This document shows, piece by piece, positions 1-6,515 of a stretch of DNA of 7,524 nt (its first letter is position 1; each line of letters begins with the position of its first letter). Source of the DNA: a virus (lineage: Duplodnaviria; Heunggongvirae; Uroviricota; Caudoviricetes). The DNA is taken from IMG/VR virus record IMGVR_UViG_2693429642_000014, positions 1-7,524 of that record. One strand, written 5' to 3'. The notes under the pieces are model-generated. The model did not search any database. It was not told the origin of the DNA and worked only from the letters and a program-made list of their open reading frames with translations. The translations under genes and the position numbers were made by a program.

Positions 1-618
1 GCTGCATCTGTCCTTACGGATATCCGTGGTGGGTTTATCGAACTCATCCGCCACAGCCCCGCCCGTGTAACCACACTCATCAGAGCGGTAGGTCCACATA
101 CAGGTGTTCGCCAGCATGATACGACCGGGAAACAGCGCCCCGTCCGTCTCGGTCAGTGTGGCCAGCACAAACGAGGCCGTCATGGCTGTCAGCTGCGACA
201 TCTGCTCCACCACCCAGCGGTCACTCAGCTCCTGCTCCGGGTCCGCCTCCGGATTGCCCGCAACGAAATTCACCGCATCCAGAAAACGGGCATACACCCG
301 GCGGCGGACCACCGTGGCCCCCACCAGGCTCTGCAAATCCTCCGCCATTCCGGTGACAAGACCAAACAGATTGGACACCGTCAGCAACGGTCTGGCACTG
401 CTGCCCTTCCCGCTCATCTCAAAACCGCTACCGTCAATCGGGTATGCCTGATATTGCCGCCCCTGCCAGGTGACCGGCTCCCCTTTTTCATTCAGCTCAT
501 TGCAGAAAAAATACCGCTCACCGCCCTGCACCGTCAGGTCGATTTCCCAGAGCACCACCCGCGGTGACTGCTCTGATTTAACCGACTCGTTCAGACTTTC
601 TTCGTGAATATCCTGCAT
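1..618 (-). CDS. L: minor tail protein L (lambda gpL family); partial, C-terminal ~25 aa lie beyond the window start
   Basis: Reverse-strand translation from ATG at 618..616 gives MQDIHEESLNESVKSEQSPRVVLWEIDLTVQGGERYFFCNELNEKGEPVTWQGRQYQAYPIDGSGFEMSGKG...PGRIMLANTCMWTYRSDECGYTGGAVADEFDKPTTDIRKDRCS, open to position 1. Matches remembered lambda gpL (MQDIRQETLNE...VVLWEIDL...GERYFFCNE...KGEPVTWQGRQYQ...PGRIMLANTC.WTYR.DECGY) block for block. An alternative in-frame ATG lies at 630..628. Not in the ORF track because no stop falls inside the window. Confidence 0.85.
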   Translation of the reverse strand, partial: MQDIHEESLNESVKSEQSPRVVLWEIDLTVQGGERYFFCNELNEKGEPVTWQGRQYQAYPIDGSGFEMSGKGSSARPLLTVSNLFGLVTGMAEDLQSLVGATVVRRRVYARFLDAVNFVAGNPEADPEQELSDRWVVEQMSQLTAMTASFVLATLTETDGALFPGRIMLANTCMWTYRSDECGYTGGAVADEFDKPTTDIRKDRCS

Positions 619-630
619 ATATCCGCCCAT

Positions 631-654
631 AAAAAAGGGGCGCAGACGCGCCCC
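631..654 (-). terminator. rho-independent terminator (minus-strand sense), likely the porin moron terminator
   Basis: Plus strand reads AAAAAA GGGGCGC AGAC GCGCCCC. On the minus strand this is a perfect 7-bp GC-rich stem, 4-nt loop, then T6, about 175 nt downstream of the porin stop and directly abutting the L start region. Confidence 0.7.
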
Positions 655-749
655 GAACAATAAAAGTCCAATTTAAAATAAAACCAATAAAGGTAATAAC
701 AGAAAGTTAAATCAGCACATGCCAGATGGCAATTGCTGATCGCAGTGAC

Positions 750-772
750 CAATGAAAACTGTGTTTTCATTG
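750..772. repeat. perfect 10-bp inverted repeat (hairpin) in the porin 3' flank
   Basis: Plus 750..759 CAATGAAAAC and 763..772 GTTTTCATTG are exact reverse complements separated by 3 nt (TGT). No flanking T-run on either strand, so not a classical terminator. Confidence 0.5.
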
Positions 773-827
773 ATACAGGCCGCCTGTAAGGGCAGACGGC
801 CCGTATTTATTAACTTATCAGCAATAA

Positions 828-1991
828 TCAGAACTGATAAGTCATACCCACAGCAACGATATTATCTGTCGCAACACCGGCTTTCCGGGTAAATTCACTT
901 TCATCAATCAGGTTAATTTTATAATCAACATAGGTGGACATATTCTTGTTAAAGTAATAAGTCGCTCCGACATCAATATATTTAACCAGATCCTGATCGC
1001 CATGGTTCACACCACCAACCATAACATCCTGTCCGCGGGACTGAAGGTAGGCCAGGGACGGGCGCAGACCAAAATCAAACTGATACTGCAGTACCGCTTC
1101 AAAGTTTTGCGCTTTATCTGCAACTCCTTTATCACCAAAGGTCGTCAGATTCTGAGTTTCGGAATATGTTGTAGCCAGGTAAAGGTTGTCAGCATCGTAT
1201 TTTAGTCCGACTCCCCACATCTCAGCGTGTTTACCTTTTGCAACACTACCGGAATCAACAACGATCTGCTTTTCAGTCACTTTACCGGTTAAAGGATCAG
1301 TTTGTTCAATCGTCAGAGTACCATTCAGACCTTTTTCCTGATTATTGGTTCGGTCCGCATTAATATATGCGGCAACGATACCAAAACCTTCATATTCATA
1401 ACTGGCTGAGAAACCGTGACCATCACCATTAGCTTTCCGGAGATCACCCCGATCATTTTTACCCTGGTACTGTGCCGCAAAATTCAGGCCATCGACAAGC
1501 CCAAAGAAATCTGTATTACGATAGGTTAATACCCCGGAAGTACGGGCTGTCATGAAGTTATCGGTCTGGGTCCAGCCATCACCGCCAAACTCTGGTAATA
1601 CGTCAGTATAAGAACCAACATCGTACGCAATACCATAGTTACGACCATAATCAATGGTGCCAAACTCACCAAACTTCAGACCTGCAAATGCAAGACGGGT
1701 TTTATTACCCGCAGCACCCTCTGATTCAGCTTTATTACCAGAGAACTGATATTCCCACTGACCAAAACCAGTCAACTGGTCATTAATCTGAGTTTCACCT
1801 TTAAAGCCCAGACGTGCGTATGTCTTATCTCCATCATCCCCCTTATCACTGGAGAAATAATGGAGTGCAGTTGCACGCCCATACACATCAAGTTTATTGC
1901 CATCTTTATTGTATACTTCTGCAGCCTGCGCCCCCGCTGCAAAAATTACAGCTGCTGCCACAGCTGAAAGTGCCACTGTCATTTTTTTCAT
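828..1991 (-). CDS. outer-membrane general porin, OmpC/OmpF/PhoE superfamily, closest by eye to the NmpC/Lc/OmpD prophage-type porins; 387-aa precursor with predicted 23-aa signal peptide
   Basis: ORF with ATG start and AAGGA Shine-Dalgarno about 8 nt upstream. N-terminus [23 protein letters not shown]|[12 protein letters not shown] is a classic Sec signal with AQA cleavage site and porin mature start. Conserved porin blocks present: [108 protein letters not shown], and C-terminal YQF. Gene is markedly more AT-rich than the flanking tail genes. Confidence 0.92.
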   Translation of the reverse strand: MKKMTVALSAVAAAVIFAAGAQAAEVYNKDGNKLDVYGRATALHYFSSDKGDDGDKTYARLGFKGETQINDQLTGFGQWEYQFSGNKAESEGAAGNKTRLAFAGLKFGEFGTIDYGRNYGIAYDVGSYTDVLPEFGGDGWTQTDNFMTARTSGVLTYRNTDFFGLVDGLNFAAQYQGKNDRGDLRKANGDGHGFSASYEYEGFGIVAAYINADRTNNQEKGLNGTLTIEQTDPLTGKVTEKQIVVDSGSVAKGKHAEMWGVGLKYDADNLYLATTYSETQNLTTFGDKGVADKAQNFEAVLQYQFDFGLRPSLAYLQSRGQDVMVGGVNHGDQDLVKYIDVGATYYFNKNMSTYVDYKINLIDESEFTRKAGVATDNIVAVGMTYQF

Positions 1992-2046
1992 GATTTAATC
2001 CTTATTTAAACTGAACTATTCATGCATAGAGATGTCATGAACAAAA

Positions 2047-2104
2047 CTCAAAATATTGTAAATTAAATTACGGGTTCAATTTTTATTTTGTTTCAAAATG
2101 TAAA
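2047..2104 (-). promoter_or_regulatory. putative OmpR-binding boxes and promoter region of the porin gene
   Basis: Minus-strand sequence TTTACATTTTGAAACAAAAT (plus 2104..2085) matches the first 16 nt of the E. coli ompC C1 OmpR site as I remember it (TTTACATTTTGAAACATCTA). A second similar element TTTACAATATTTTGAG lies at plus 2062..2047. Both sit 55-115 bp upstream of the porin ATG in an AT-rich intergenic region. The -35/-10 hexamers could not be placed confidently. Confidence 0.4.
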
Positions 2105-2197
2105 AAAACAACTTTGATAGCACTTTATGTCAAGACAAAACAAAAATAACAAGCAAGCAAATTAATAAACGATGCTTTTAGGTTTTTTCTCAAAAAC

Positions 2198-2539
2198 TTA
2201 TCTTATTACCTGTTCCATCATACAACTGAAATCGCTGTACCGGGCGTTATCCGTAACACTCCACTCCCGGCACACCACCCTGACCGTCCGGTTATGTTTC
2301 GGGGGCTTCCACAAAAAAGCCCGGTAACCACCATGCCATGACAGAAACGCGGACAGTGCCTCCCGCTCAGCATCCGTTGTCACCCGAAAAACCACCTGAA
2401 AGGTCTTCAGTTGCGCATTCAGTCCTGCCGGACGACGTTGCTGATAACCGTCGCCAAACTTCACCGTCATCACCGACGGTTTCTCCGTCACCTGCATCCC
2501 TTCCCGGGGACACCAGTGAAGGGTCTTAATCTCATCCAC
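2198..2539 (-). CDS. M: minor tail protein M (lambda gpM family)
   Basis: Translation ...IKTLHWCPREGMQVTEKPSVMTVKFGDGYQQRRPAGLNAQLKTF...HGGYRAFLWKPP...VVCREWS aligns with remembered lambda gpM (MKTFRWKVKPGMDVASVPSVRKVRFGDGYSQRAPAGLNANLKTY...HGGWKSFLWTPP...VTCAKWS). Start is GTG at 2539..2537 (in-frame TGA immediately upstream), preceded by GGAGGAA 6 nt upstream, and it overlaps the H stop codon. Confidence 0.9.
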   Translation of the reverse strand: MDEIKTLHWCPREGMQVTEKPSVMTVKFGDGYQQRRPAGLNAQLKTFQVVFRVTTDAEREALSAFLSWHGGYRAFLWKPPKHNRTVRVVCREWSVTDNARYSDFSCMMEQVIR

Positions 2540-5500
2540 TCAGCATTCCTCCGTCACGACGCATGGATAACATCACCGCCTGTACCCGCTGGTCAATCAG
2601 CTGCACAAGACTGCCTGCCGCCTCCGGCCCTATCTGTCCGTTAGCCCCGTCATTCTGAATGGCGATATGGTAGACCGGGGAATACACCAGACCGGCACTG
2701 CCGTTCATACTGCCCACCGCGCGTACACCCAGCGAGCCATCCGCCGCCCGGGTCAGGGGCATTATGGCTTCAGGTCCTGCTTCCCCCATCAGCCCGGCCC
2801 CTTTTGCAAAGGCAAAGTACGTGGGCGTATCCACAATACTGTTGCTGTACGCGCTCAGGTTTGCCGAGGTATACACGCCGCCTTTTGCATTGGCCACCGC
2901 ACCGCCCAGCCAGTCACCAATGCTGCCAATAAATCCTCCTGCACCGGACATACTGTTTGCCGCCGTCTTAATTCCGTTGACAATCGCGGCATTCATAAGA
3001 ACTTTTGATATTTCCTGCAGCACTGATGAGGCCCAGTTGCGCCATTCCACTTTATTCCCGTTCAGCATCTCCGTGATGTTATTCACCATCCCTGAGATAC
3101 CCTCCGTCGCAAGCTGTGCTGCCTGTGAGGCGTAATCGGACGCATTATCCACCCAGTTACTGAGCCCCTCCTGCAAGCCTTTCTGCCAGTCCGCACGCTG
3201 CACATCCGATTCGGCATAAAAGGCTGCCTGGTCCTTAAGGCGTTCGCTCAGATACTGCGCGTTCTGTGCCCGTGCCTGTCTGTAAAAATCCTCACTGATA
3301 TCCCCGGCCTGATACTGAGACTGAAGGTCCGCATCCTTCTGGCGGAAGCTGTCGCGGATCTGCTGCAACTCCCGCATGCGTTCCCTGGCTCGTTCTCCCT
3401 GCCCGTACCCCAGCAGTTCGGCTTCATTTGATGCACGCGCAGCCACATTATCATTCTTCAGGGTCTCTTCCCGGGATCGCAACTGTTCCCGGATTTTTTG
3501 CTGGTCAATCAGGGCCGCGTTACGCAGCAGTTCCTGCTTCTGCATCTCCGTCAGGGTTTTCAGTTCGCCCTGCGCAGTCTGGTACTTCAGCTTCACCAGC
3601 TCTGTATTCTGACCCGCCAGTGCCAGTTGCTCTTTCTGCTGCTTCAGTAGCCGGGAAAAACTGTCTTCCGCTTTTTCCGTCTCTGATTTTCCACCCCGGG
3701 ATTTGGGTTTGTTCGCCTCGTTATTACGCCAGGCTTCCAGAGCATTACTGATATAACGCTGTCTCGCCTCCTGATACGAATCCCCCACAAAACCAAGGTC
3801 ATCCGCCGCATACCCCAGCCGGGCACGCTCTTTTTCCTCCCCCTTCAGTCGGGACAGGGCCAGCTCACGTTCTGTTTTTGTCAGGGCGCTCTGCTGTTTA
3901 TCATCCAGGGTGGCCTGCGGCAGCCGTAACGGTACATTCACCAGTCCCTGACGCTGCTGAAGCAGTTCATTCCCCAGCCCCAGCAGACGGTTGAATTCCG
4001 TATGCTGGCCGTTCATGACCAGCAGTGACTGATACGCTTTATTCTGCTCTGCCGCCTGCTGACGAATTAACGCCACACGGCGATCTTCCAGTCCGGCAAG
4101 CACATCCTGAATGGACTGCGCCTTTTCCTGCATCTGTGCCAGACGGGACTGCTCAACAGCAAGCTGCTCTGTTGCCTGAGCAAGCCCTTCCGTTACAGTT
4201 TTCACCGAGGTCAGATGGTTTATCATGAATCCGTCACCGGTCGTCCAGCCCGGGTTCGCCAGAACATACTGATATCCTGCGATTTTTTCCTGCAGGGATT
4301 TCACCCGACTGGCCTGTTCATCAATCAGCCGGTTCTGCTCTGTCAGCGCCGCCCGTGTTCGTCCTTCATTATCTGAGGCTTCAGGCAAAGACATTGACGG
4401 CGTTTTATGCGCGATTTCATCTATCGTCAGTGCATACTGGCGCGCTGACTCCCTGGCCTGCTCCTGATTCTGGTACAGCGTATACCATGCTGCTGCCCCC
4501 AGCATCACCAGTCCGGGTACGCCACCAACCAGTCCCAACGCACCAGTCATCAGACGTGAGCCCACCGCCGTTGTACTGTTCAGCGCATTCTGGGCTGCGG
4601 TTCTGGCAGCAATATTTCTGTTCAGGCGTTCCTGTGTGGCCGCCAGACGGGCTTCTGCAGCAATCTGCATCTCCGTCCCGCGGGCTGCCGCCACAGCCTG
4701 CTGTGCACGGTACACGGCTGCCCTTGCCCGCGCCGTGGCAATCTGCGTCCCCCTGAGCTGTGCTTCCGCCAGTGCCACTTCATTACGTGCTGCCGTCACA
4801 AGTCCTGCCGTGGCAGACACCGCTCCGGAGGCCATATTGCCAAAGTACCGGGCAACCCCGACGGCAACCAGCGCACCCACGGCTGTTGCCACATTATCAA
4901 TCTGTCCGGCAACACCGTTCAGCACGCCGGAGAGCGTTTTTGTCACCCCGCTGGCCTCATTCGCGCCACCCACCCAGGCCATAAAGGCGTTTTCCACCTT
5001 TGTGATACTACCGGAAACCGTTTCCGGCATGGCCGCATATTCATCACGCAATACCCCCAGCTGGCTGATTAACGCAGGGACCACTTTATCCGCCGTCAGT
5101 TTGCCGTCGTCCGCCATCGCCTTAAGGTCTTTACGGGCCACGCCCATACCCGCAGCCAGTGCACGTACGATCCGATCTCCGCTTTCATTGACCGAATTAA
5201 ATTCCTCACCGCGTAACACCCCCTGTGCCAGCGCCTGGCTGAACTGGGTGATCACCGAGCCCGCCTCTGCCGTACTGGCACCGGAGATTTTCAGCCCCGT
5301 GGAAATGGCCTCCGTCACCTTCAGTACATCACCGGCACTGTAGCCATATTCACGCATTGAGGCTGCCGAGCGGGCAAACAGGGCCGCATTATCTGAAAAT
5401 GCCGTGCCCGTCCGCTGGCTGATATCCATCAGCACTTTCTGTGATGACGAAAATTCATCGGATGACTGCGACGCCTGTTTCAGTCGGGCATTCACGGAAC

Positions 5501-5774
5501 TCCATTCATCGGCCAGAGAAATCAGGTGCCCGGTGGCAAAGGCACCTGCAAATGCCCCCGCCGTTCCGGCAACTGAAGCGCGGATTTCCGTCAACTGGCT
5601 GTTCAGCTCAGCCAGGGCGCGTCGCTGCTCCCGGGCGACTGCGGCAGCCTGACGCCCGCCATTCTGCAGGGTCCGGTAATATTCACTGCCCATGCGGGCA
5701 GCCCGCTGGATCTCCGACTGGAATGACTGCGAATTTGCCGAAATTTTGATAATCAGTTCACGTAACGTCGCCAT
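2532..5774 (-). CDS. H: tail length tape measure protein (lambda gpH family), 1080 aa
   Basis: Long Ala/Gln/Arg-rich, coiled-coil-type ORF with an internal hydrophobic segment (GALGLVGGVPGLVMLGAAAW). C-terminal region ...NWASSVLQEISKVLMNAAIVNGIKTA...IAIQNDGANGQIGPEAAGSLVQLIDQRVQAVMLSMRRDGGMLSG aligns with the remembered lambda gpH C-terminus (...VVINNDGTNGQIGPAALKAVYDMARKGARDEIQTQMRDGGLFSG). ATG at 5774 is preceded by GGAGAAAGGTGA. Sits between the G/T chaperones and M as in lambda. Confidence 0.95.
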   Translation of the reverse strand: MATLRELIIKISANSQSFQSEIQRAARMGSEYYRTLQNGGRQAAAVAREQRRALAELNSQLTEIRASVAGTAGAFAGAFATGHLISLADEWSSVNARLKQASQSSDEFSSSQKVLMDISQRTGTAFSDNAALFARSAASMREYGYSAGDVLKVTEAISTGLKISGASTAEAGSVITQFSQALAQGVLRGEEFNSVNESGDRIVRALAAGMGVARKDLKAMADDGKLTADKVVPALISQLGVLRDEYAAMPETVSGSITKVENAFMAWVGGANEASGVTKTLSGVLNGVAGQIDNVATAVGALVAVGVARYFGNMASGAVSATAGLVTAARNEVALAEAQLRGTQIATARARAAVYRAQQAVAAARGTEMQIAAEARLAATQERLNRNIAARTAAQNALNSTTAVGSRLMTGALGLVGGVPGLVMLGAAAWYTLYQNQEQARESARQYALTIDEIAHKTPSMSLPEASDNEGRTRAALTEQNRLIDEQASRVKSLQEKIAGYQYVLANPGWTTGDGFMINHLTSVKTVTEGLAQATEQLAVEQSRLAQMQEKAQSIQDVLAGLEDRRVALIRQQAAEQNKAYQSLLVMNGQHTEFNRLLGLGNELLQQRQGLVNVPLRLPQATLDDKQQSALTKTERELALSRLKGEEKERARLGYAADDLGFVGDSYQEARQRYISNALEAWRNNEANKPKSRGGKSETEKAEDSFSRLLKQQKEQLALAGQNTELVKLKYQTAQGELKTLTEMQKQELLRNAALIDQQKIREQLRSREETLKNDNVAARASNEAELLGYGQGERARERMRELQQIRDSFRQKDADLQSQYQAGDISEDFYRQARAQNAQYLSERLKDQAAFYAESDVQRADWQKGLQEGLSNWVDNASDYASQAAQLATEGISGMVNNITEMLNGNKVEWRNWASSVLQEISKVLMNAAIVNGIKTAANSMSGAGGFIGSIGDWLGGAVANAKGGVYTSANLSAYSNSIVDTPTYFAFAKGAGLMGEAGPEAIMPLTRAADGSLGVRAVGSMNGSAGLVYSPVYHIAIQNDGANGQIGPEAAGSLVQLIDQRVQAVMLSMRRDGGMLSG

Positions 5775-5792
5775 TCACCTTTCTCCGGGCGT

Positions 5793-5813
5793 AAAAAAAC
5801 CGCCTCAGCGGTT
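5793..5813 (-). terminator. weak terminator-like hairpin between the T stop and H start (possible attenuator)
   Basis: Minus-strand sense reads AACCGC TGAG GCGGTT followed by TTTTT: 6-bp stem (4 GC pairs), 4-nt loop, T-run. Lies in the 47-nt gap between the T stop (5822) and the H ATG (5774). Confidence 0.3.
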
Positions 5814-5821
5814 CTCATCAT

Positions 5822-6136
5822 TCATGACTGTGCTGCAAAGCTCAGCGCGTCTTCCAGCGCCGCAAACGGATCCACCTCCGGCTTATCCTCATCCTCGCCC
5901 CAGCAGAGCATGGCGTCCTTCAGTGCAACATTCATCCCCTGTGCCCCGAAAACCGCTTTCACGATCTGTGCATTACGGATATCCCCGCGCTCATCACCCA
6001 GCGGGGATACCCTGTCGAACTCCATCCACATCATCGCCTCGCTCGCACTCAGGCTGTGCCGCAGTTCGGATAACGTGCGCCCCAGACGGAGCGCAAGTCG
6101 CATCAGAAAGCGTATTTCCGGGCGGGCTACTTTTTT
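5822..6136 (-). CDS. T: T portion of the G-T tail assembly chaperone fusion, reached by programmed -1 frameshift from G
   Basis: The -1 frame relative to G is open from the slippery heptamer through to TGA at 5824..5822. Shifting at A AAA AAG gives ...KKVARPEIRFLMRLALRLGRTLSELRHSLSASEAMMWMEFD..., continuous with the 93-aa ORF in the track (5822..6103). Position between G and the tape measure gene matches lambda G/G-T. Confidence 0.8.
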   Translation of the reverse strand, partial: KKVARPEIRFLMRLALRLGRTLSELRHSLSASEAMMWMEFDRVSPLGDERGDIRNAQIVKAVFGAQGMNVALKDAMLCWGEDEDKPEVDPFAALEDALSFAAQS

Positions 6137-6501
6137 CTGGCCGCCTCTCCATCGGCGATCAGATCCAGTGCCTGACGCAGCAACCGGGCATGTACCGGAC
6201 CATAGACGACCAGCACCTGCTCCCGATCGTCCGCAGTGAACACCCGCTGCAGATCCGTATCACACAGCACATCGCAGAACAGCGTCACATCCGCTTCCAG
6301 ATTACGGCGGGTTTTCGCCCCCCCCGACAGAGTTTCGTCACCCGTATCACCGTCATTAAGCACTTCCCGCCACAGATACCAGGCCTCTGCCGAAGGTTCC
6401 CGCAGCACCACGCTGACATTTTCCCATTCAGGCACCCGCACCGTTTTATGGCGAAACCCCGACAGTCTGGCCAGTGCCAGTGTTTTCAGATCCTTTTTCA
6501 T
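6127..6501 (-). CDS. G: tail assembly chaperone G (lambda gpG position)
   Basis: ORF ends ...GEAARKK* with the slippery site at its 3' end. I prefer the ATG at 6501..6499 (MKKDLKTLALARL..., GGGGA Shine-Dalgarno about 9 nt upstream, 14 nt after the V stop) over the track start at 6549, which would overlap V by 34 nt. Acidic, small protein as expected for gpG-like chaperones. Call rests on position and the frameshift architecture. Confidence 0.75.
   Translation of the reverse strand: MKKDLKTLALARLSGFRHKTVRVPEWENVSVVLREPSAEAWYLWREVLNDGDTGDETLSGGAKTRRNLEADVTLFCDVLCDTDLQRVFTADDREQVLVVYGPVHARLLRQALDLIADGEAARKK
6130..6136 (-). other. programmed -1 ribosomal frameshift slippery heptamer A AAA AAG
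   Basis: Plus 6130..6136 is CTTTTTT, i.e. A AAA AAG on the minus strand in the G zero frame. These are the last two sense codons before the G stop (TAG at 6129..6127). Same heptamer class as E. coli dnaX. Confidence 0.8.
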
Positions 6502-6515
6502 GATGACTCGTCCCC

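Noticed and set aside
104-451. 115-aa and 66-aa plus-strand ORFs at the left end
   Set aside because: Antisense to the L gene, whose translation matches lambda gpL block for block.
597-770. 57-codon minus-strand ORF (MKTQFSLVTAISNC...) in the porin 3' flank
   Set aside because: Its start codon lies inside the 750-772 hairpin, it has no Shine-Dalgarno, and it reads through the intrinsic terminator into the L start in another frame. Most likely non-coding.
1002-1205. 67-aa plus-strand ORF inside the porin gene
   Set aside because: Antisense to a porin ORF with an unmistakable signal peptide and conserved porin motifs; no RBS.
1992-2197. Possible micF-like divergent antisense RNA upstream of the porin, as at chromosomal ompC
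   Set aside because: No micF-like sequence recognised by eye, and the intergenic space (about 200 bp) abuts the co-oriented M stop, leaving no room for a divergent transcription unit.
2338-5749. Numerous plus-strand ORFs of 60-235 aa inside the tape measure and M region (e.g. 2764..3135, 3428..3751, 4355..4756, 4636..5343, 5441..5749)
   Set aside because: All are antisense to the strongly supported H/M genes. Their products are low-complexity Ala/Pro/Ser/Arg-rich, as expected for the opposite strand of a GC-rich coding region, and they lack convincing ribosome binding sites.
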